A stretch of 64,000 bases of DNA from the human T2T-CHM13v2.0 reference genome, Homo sapiens. The position numbers and the translations under genes were made by a program. The notes beneath the pieces were generated by a model, which had not been told where the DNA came from, did no database searches, and was given only the letters and a program-made list of their open reading frames with translations. Below are positions 60,501-64,000 of the stretch, one piece after another. How positions within the stretch are numbered: position 1 is the first letter of the stretch; each line of letters begins with the position of its first letter. The stretch lies in NCBI RefSeq assembly GCF_009914755.1, contig NC_060937.1. The stretch is one strand, 5' to 3'.

Positions 60501-60962
60501 CCATCTCCCTTCTGCCTCCCCCATCAGTGGAGAGCTACTTCCACTGAATAAAACTTTGCACTCATTTTCCAAGCCCACGTATGATCTGATTCTTCGGGTA
60601 CATCAAGGCAAGAACCCGGGATACAGAAAGTCCTCTGTCATTGCGACAAGGTAGAGGGTCTAATTGAGCTGGTTAACACAAGCCACCTACAGATGGCAAA
60701 CTAAGAGAGCATCCTGTAACACATGCGCACTGGGGCTTCAGAAGCTCTAAACATTCACCCCTATACCAGACACTGGATTATACGCTTTACTTATATCACT
60801 GCTTTTTTTTTCCTCTAAAAAAGTCACTGCCATGAGGTTGGAGCCCCACAAACTGCCCATCTTTATGCTCACTTACAGGTTTGAGCAGCAGGGCACTGAG
60901 GAAGTTAGCCACTCCCCCATCACGTGTCCTGCGAGGAGGACAAGGGAACCTTTCCCATTTCA
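57596..60962 (+). mobile_element. Deleted class I ERV provirus (LTR1/HUERS-P2-like): LTR-gag-LTR
   Basis: Two homologous LTRs (57596-~58417 and 60090-60962) starting tgatac; 4-bp TSD ataa (57592-95, 60963-66); tRNA-Pro PBS (inverted); gag remnant; no pol. Confidence 0.9.
58584..59830 (+). pseudogene. gag: ERV gag pseudogene (HERV-W/HERV9-related MA-CA)
   Basis: MGNQ...PLECILNHWDCFDPQNL...WPQEGTI (MA); PFSLQDLKQIKGD.GKFSDDPDRYIE (CA); QEFDENPTAFLERL (MHR); several stops and frameshifts. Confidence 0.9.
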
Positions 60963-63039
60963 ATAATGTGCACTATACATTGATTTGGCACTTTTTACTT
61001 ATACTTATCGTTTATCCAGGGCTTCCTACAAATGCAAGAAAATGGTATAATTTTGTGTCTCGATACAATGTTTGTATATTTACTACAGTTGGGGGCTACA
61101 ATCTAATCTGAAGCCCAGAGTCTTCTTCCCAGATTACTGGTTGGCAGAGGTTCCTTGCTTTTGCTGGGCTAGAAAGCCTGCTTTCTTGCTGAATGGCAGT
61201 GTCTAAGATCTCACAATACACCTTGTGATTCAATAGAATTCTTCCTTCTGCCTTTATTGAGCAATCTTTAAGCAAAGTTAAGCAGGAGTCATAGGAACAG
61301 GAATATCTAGTAAATCTATAGTCTTTCAGCCTTTCTGCAATGTAGCTTCGAAATAATGTGTCTTGCATCTCAATGGAAAATGTAGGGATTTGAAATTTAA
61401 ATGACTTTTTCCTATAGGAAGAATAAAATTGATTTTAACAACATCAAATTTAATGCAGTTCACACACTCATGAATTATTTATTAACACCCCTAAAACATG
61501 TTTTCCATAATTAATTTATCATTTCATACATCAACTAACAATTATTCTGAGCCAGGTATCAGTGATAGCATTAGCTACCCTACCATCAGTTGTTCCTGAT
61601 GGAAATGTTCAGACTTCAGTAAACCAGGCAGAAAGTACTGAAAAGACAGAGAAACCTTCAAAGTAGCATCACGCTGTGCAAAGTGTACATTCTCTTTCTT
61701 TTCAGAAATGTCCTAGCAAGGAAATTTTGTGAACCTTAATACCATGGTTCTTGCTCCTTTACCAATCACTATTCCTACCTTAGTCGTATTTTCACAGACT
61801 TTATGAGTAAGATGAATGGAGTCAGGATGGGCAAGAATGGTATGACATGAGCAAGGTGGTTCATAGGCAGTAAGTAGTACTTTCAATGTGCAGAAAACTG
61901 AGCTGGGAGAACAGTCTGTTCATTATAGCCCTGGGAGTCCAGTCATGACCCATGGACAAGGAAAAGTTAGATGATTCAGCTACAACATCCAAGTGTAGTG
62001 GTTAAAAGAGTCTCTGAGAAACATTAGACATACCAATCCAAAGTCTTGTTCATACAGATTTGGTTTCGGAAGTAAGAAGTGAAAGTAGGGATTTGCATTT
62101 TTAACAAACAAGCCAATGTCTTTCATGACCAGATATTCAGGTTTTCCAAACTGTGTGACTCAGTATAGAAATACAAAGATCGTTAGCTTCAATGACACTC
62201 AGGAATTCAAGAAGAAGGAAAAGGTATTTTGAAAGCCATATATAAAGTTTATTTTAACTTTTATGTAGAAAATGTAGAAATAATAATTAGAACTCCTAAT
62301 GATAAAGATGACCCATTACAAGACACCTGAAAATGTTTGACTGTCGCCAAGTGTACCTGTTTCAATAAATGAACATCTGTACTCTATGTTGTAGTAACTG
62401 AAATAAGGTTTCAATATTTTCACTTTCTGGAATTAGACTCCCAACCCGTCTACAATATTTTACACACGTTTAGAAAACATAGTATATATAGAATTAAAGG
62501 ACTGAATTAAGGAACCAAAAGTTTTCTGGTACTGAACTATTTGAAGGAACATTGTTTAGAACCTCTGAAACATTTCTTTAAGCAATCTCAGTGGTGAAAA
62601 GTAGTCACAGAATTTTAACATAGATTTTTTTTTATACCAGACACTGTACTATATGCTTTACTTTTATCACTGCTTTTTTTTTCCTCTAAAAAATACTCTT
62701 TTGGGGAGAAGAGCCTGCATGCCCCAAGGTTTCCTAAGTTAGTCCCAAGTGACCAGCAACACTGGTAAAATATCACATCTGAAAAAAATCTATGACCATT
62801 CCATAACATAATATAATCATATATGAAATTTAAAATACCATTTAGATTATTTAATACCTAAACCTTAAAATAAGTTAAAATAAGTTTCAGTAAGATCAAT
62901 AATATTTATATTGTGGCTTTCCAATATAAATTGTTTACCATCACAAACATCCTGGTTCACCACTCCATATCTCCATAGCCATAAAGAGTAATATTTCACA
63001 AATTCCTCTAATATTTAGAACAATTCCAATATGTCAGTG

Positions 63040-63178
63040 TCATTAGTCCCATTTAATGCATGAGAAAAATAAGTCTTAAAAAACAAGTCATTTTCCAAAG
63101 TCATATGCAAATAGGGCTTATAAAATCTATGATTTCAACCATTGTCCATTTGACCTTAAAGCCCATACTATTCCCATT
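63040..63178 (-). mobile_element. MIR fragment
   Basis: cccatttaatgcatgagaaaaat...ccaaagtcata...tgaccttaaagcccatact. Confidence 0.55.
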
Positions 63179-63389
63179 AAACTTCTTGTCTTATGAAAAA
63201 GGAGCTTGATATTAGAAATAGTAAAAGATAACACACAAAGAAATGCATAAATGGTGAAAGATTTAGTTAAAAATACTGTTTTAATATGTTATAACTGTAA
63301 AAGAGCAAGACTTCATTTACTGCTTAATAATCAGCAAATATTATACCTTTAGTGGCTACAATGTACCCAGCACTCTAATAAGAACCAAG

Positions 63390-64000
63390 TGATAGCAGCA
63401 GGGGCAGACAAATGCCTAGGAAGACAGGGGCAGGTCCTCAGTGAAACCCAACCTCCAAGTCAAAGGCAGTTTAAAGCCTGAAAGCCAAGCTACAAGTCAA
63501 ATCCATGGACCAGATTGAGAACTTGTCTTCCCATTTGGTGCACTTGCCTCTGATTGATCCCCACCCTTCACCTATTTTACATATGTCTACCCTTTCCTAA
63601 TTGGTTTTCTACACTGCCATGCCTGCTTTTGAGTGAAGCCTTTTCTTTAGCCTTTCTTTGCATACTCACAAACCAATCAGCACACACTCCCTTATTCTAA
63701 GCCCATAAAAGCCCTAGACTCAGCCACACTGTTGGGAGAAATCTCCCCAGGCGTGGGGAACCACCCCAGCATCCTTTTCTGCTAAGAGCTGTTCCATCAC
63801 TCAATAAAGTCCTTCGCCACTCTCCTCACTCTTCAATTATCAGTGTATCCTCATTCTTCCTGGATGTGGGACAAGAGCTTGGAACCCACCAAATGTGAGC
63901 ACAGAGAAGCTTGTAACATCATGGCTGTCTGCCCTCTGCCAGTGGAGGGCAGCTGCCCCACTTGACAGAAACAGTGGTAGGGCTGAACCAGCCCCAAAGC
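63390..64000 (+). mobile_element. ERV1 LTR (LTR27/LTR28-like), running off the window edge
   Basis: tgatagcagcaggggcagacaaatgcctagg...aaagcctgaaagccaagc; ccaatc, cataaaa and aataaa signals. Confidence 0.75.

Overview
AT-rich, repeat-dense primate (hominoid-type: AluY and L1PA2-like elements) genomic DNA. I can support no cellular protein-coding exon, RNA gene or CRISPR array, so this looks like gene desert or deep intron. It contains about 9 Alus, old L1M/L1MA fragments, a 1.85-kb L1PA2-like insertion with a 5' inversion and a 15-bp TSD, two solo LTR12 (HERV9) LTRs, THE1A/MST/MLT1 MaLR LTRs, a MER44, a 2-kb Ricksha (MULE/MuDR) DNA transposon with a transposase remnant, a gag-only LTR1/HUERS-P2-like provirus (57596-60962) and an LTR27/28-like LTR at the right edge. 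I found no new biological system. The most unusual signal is a cluster of micro-rearrangements around the provirus: a 43-bp inversion flipping the 5'LTR end and tRNA-Pro primer-binding site, a 61-bp templated insertion in the 3'LTR copied from 1.9 kb downstream, and a ~107-bp local copy of an MLT1 segment. Subfamily names come from remembered consensus sequences and need RepeatMasker/Dfam confirmation.
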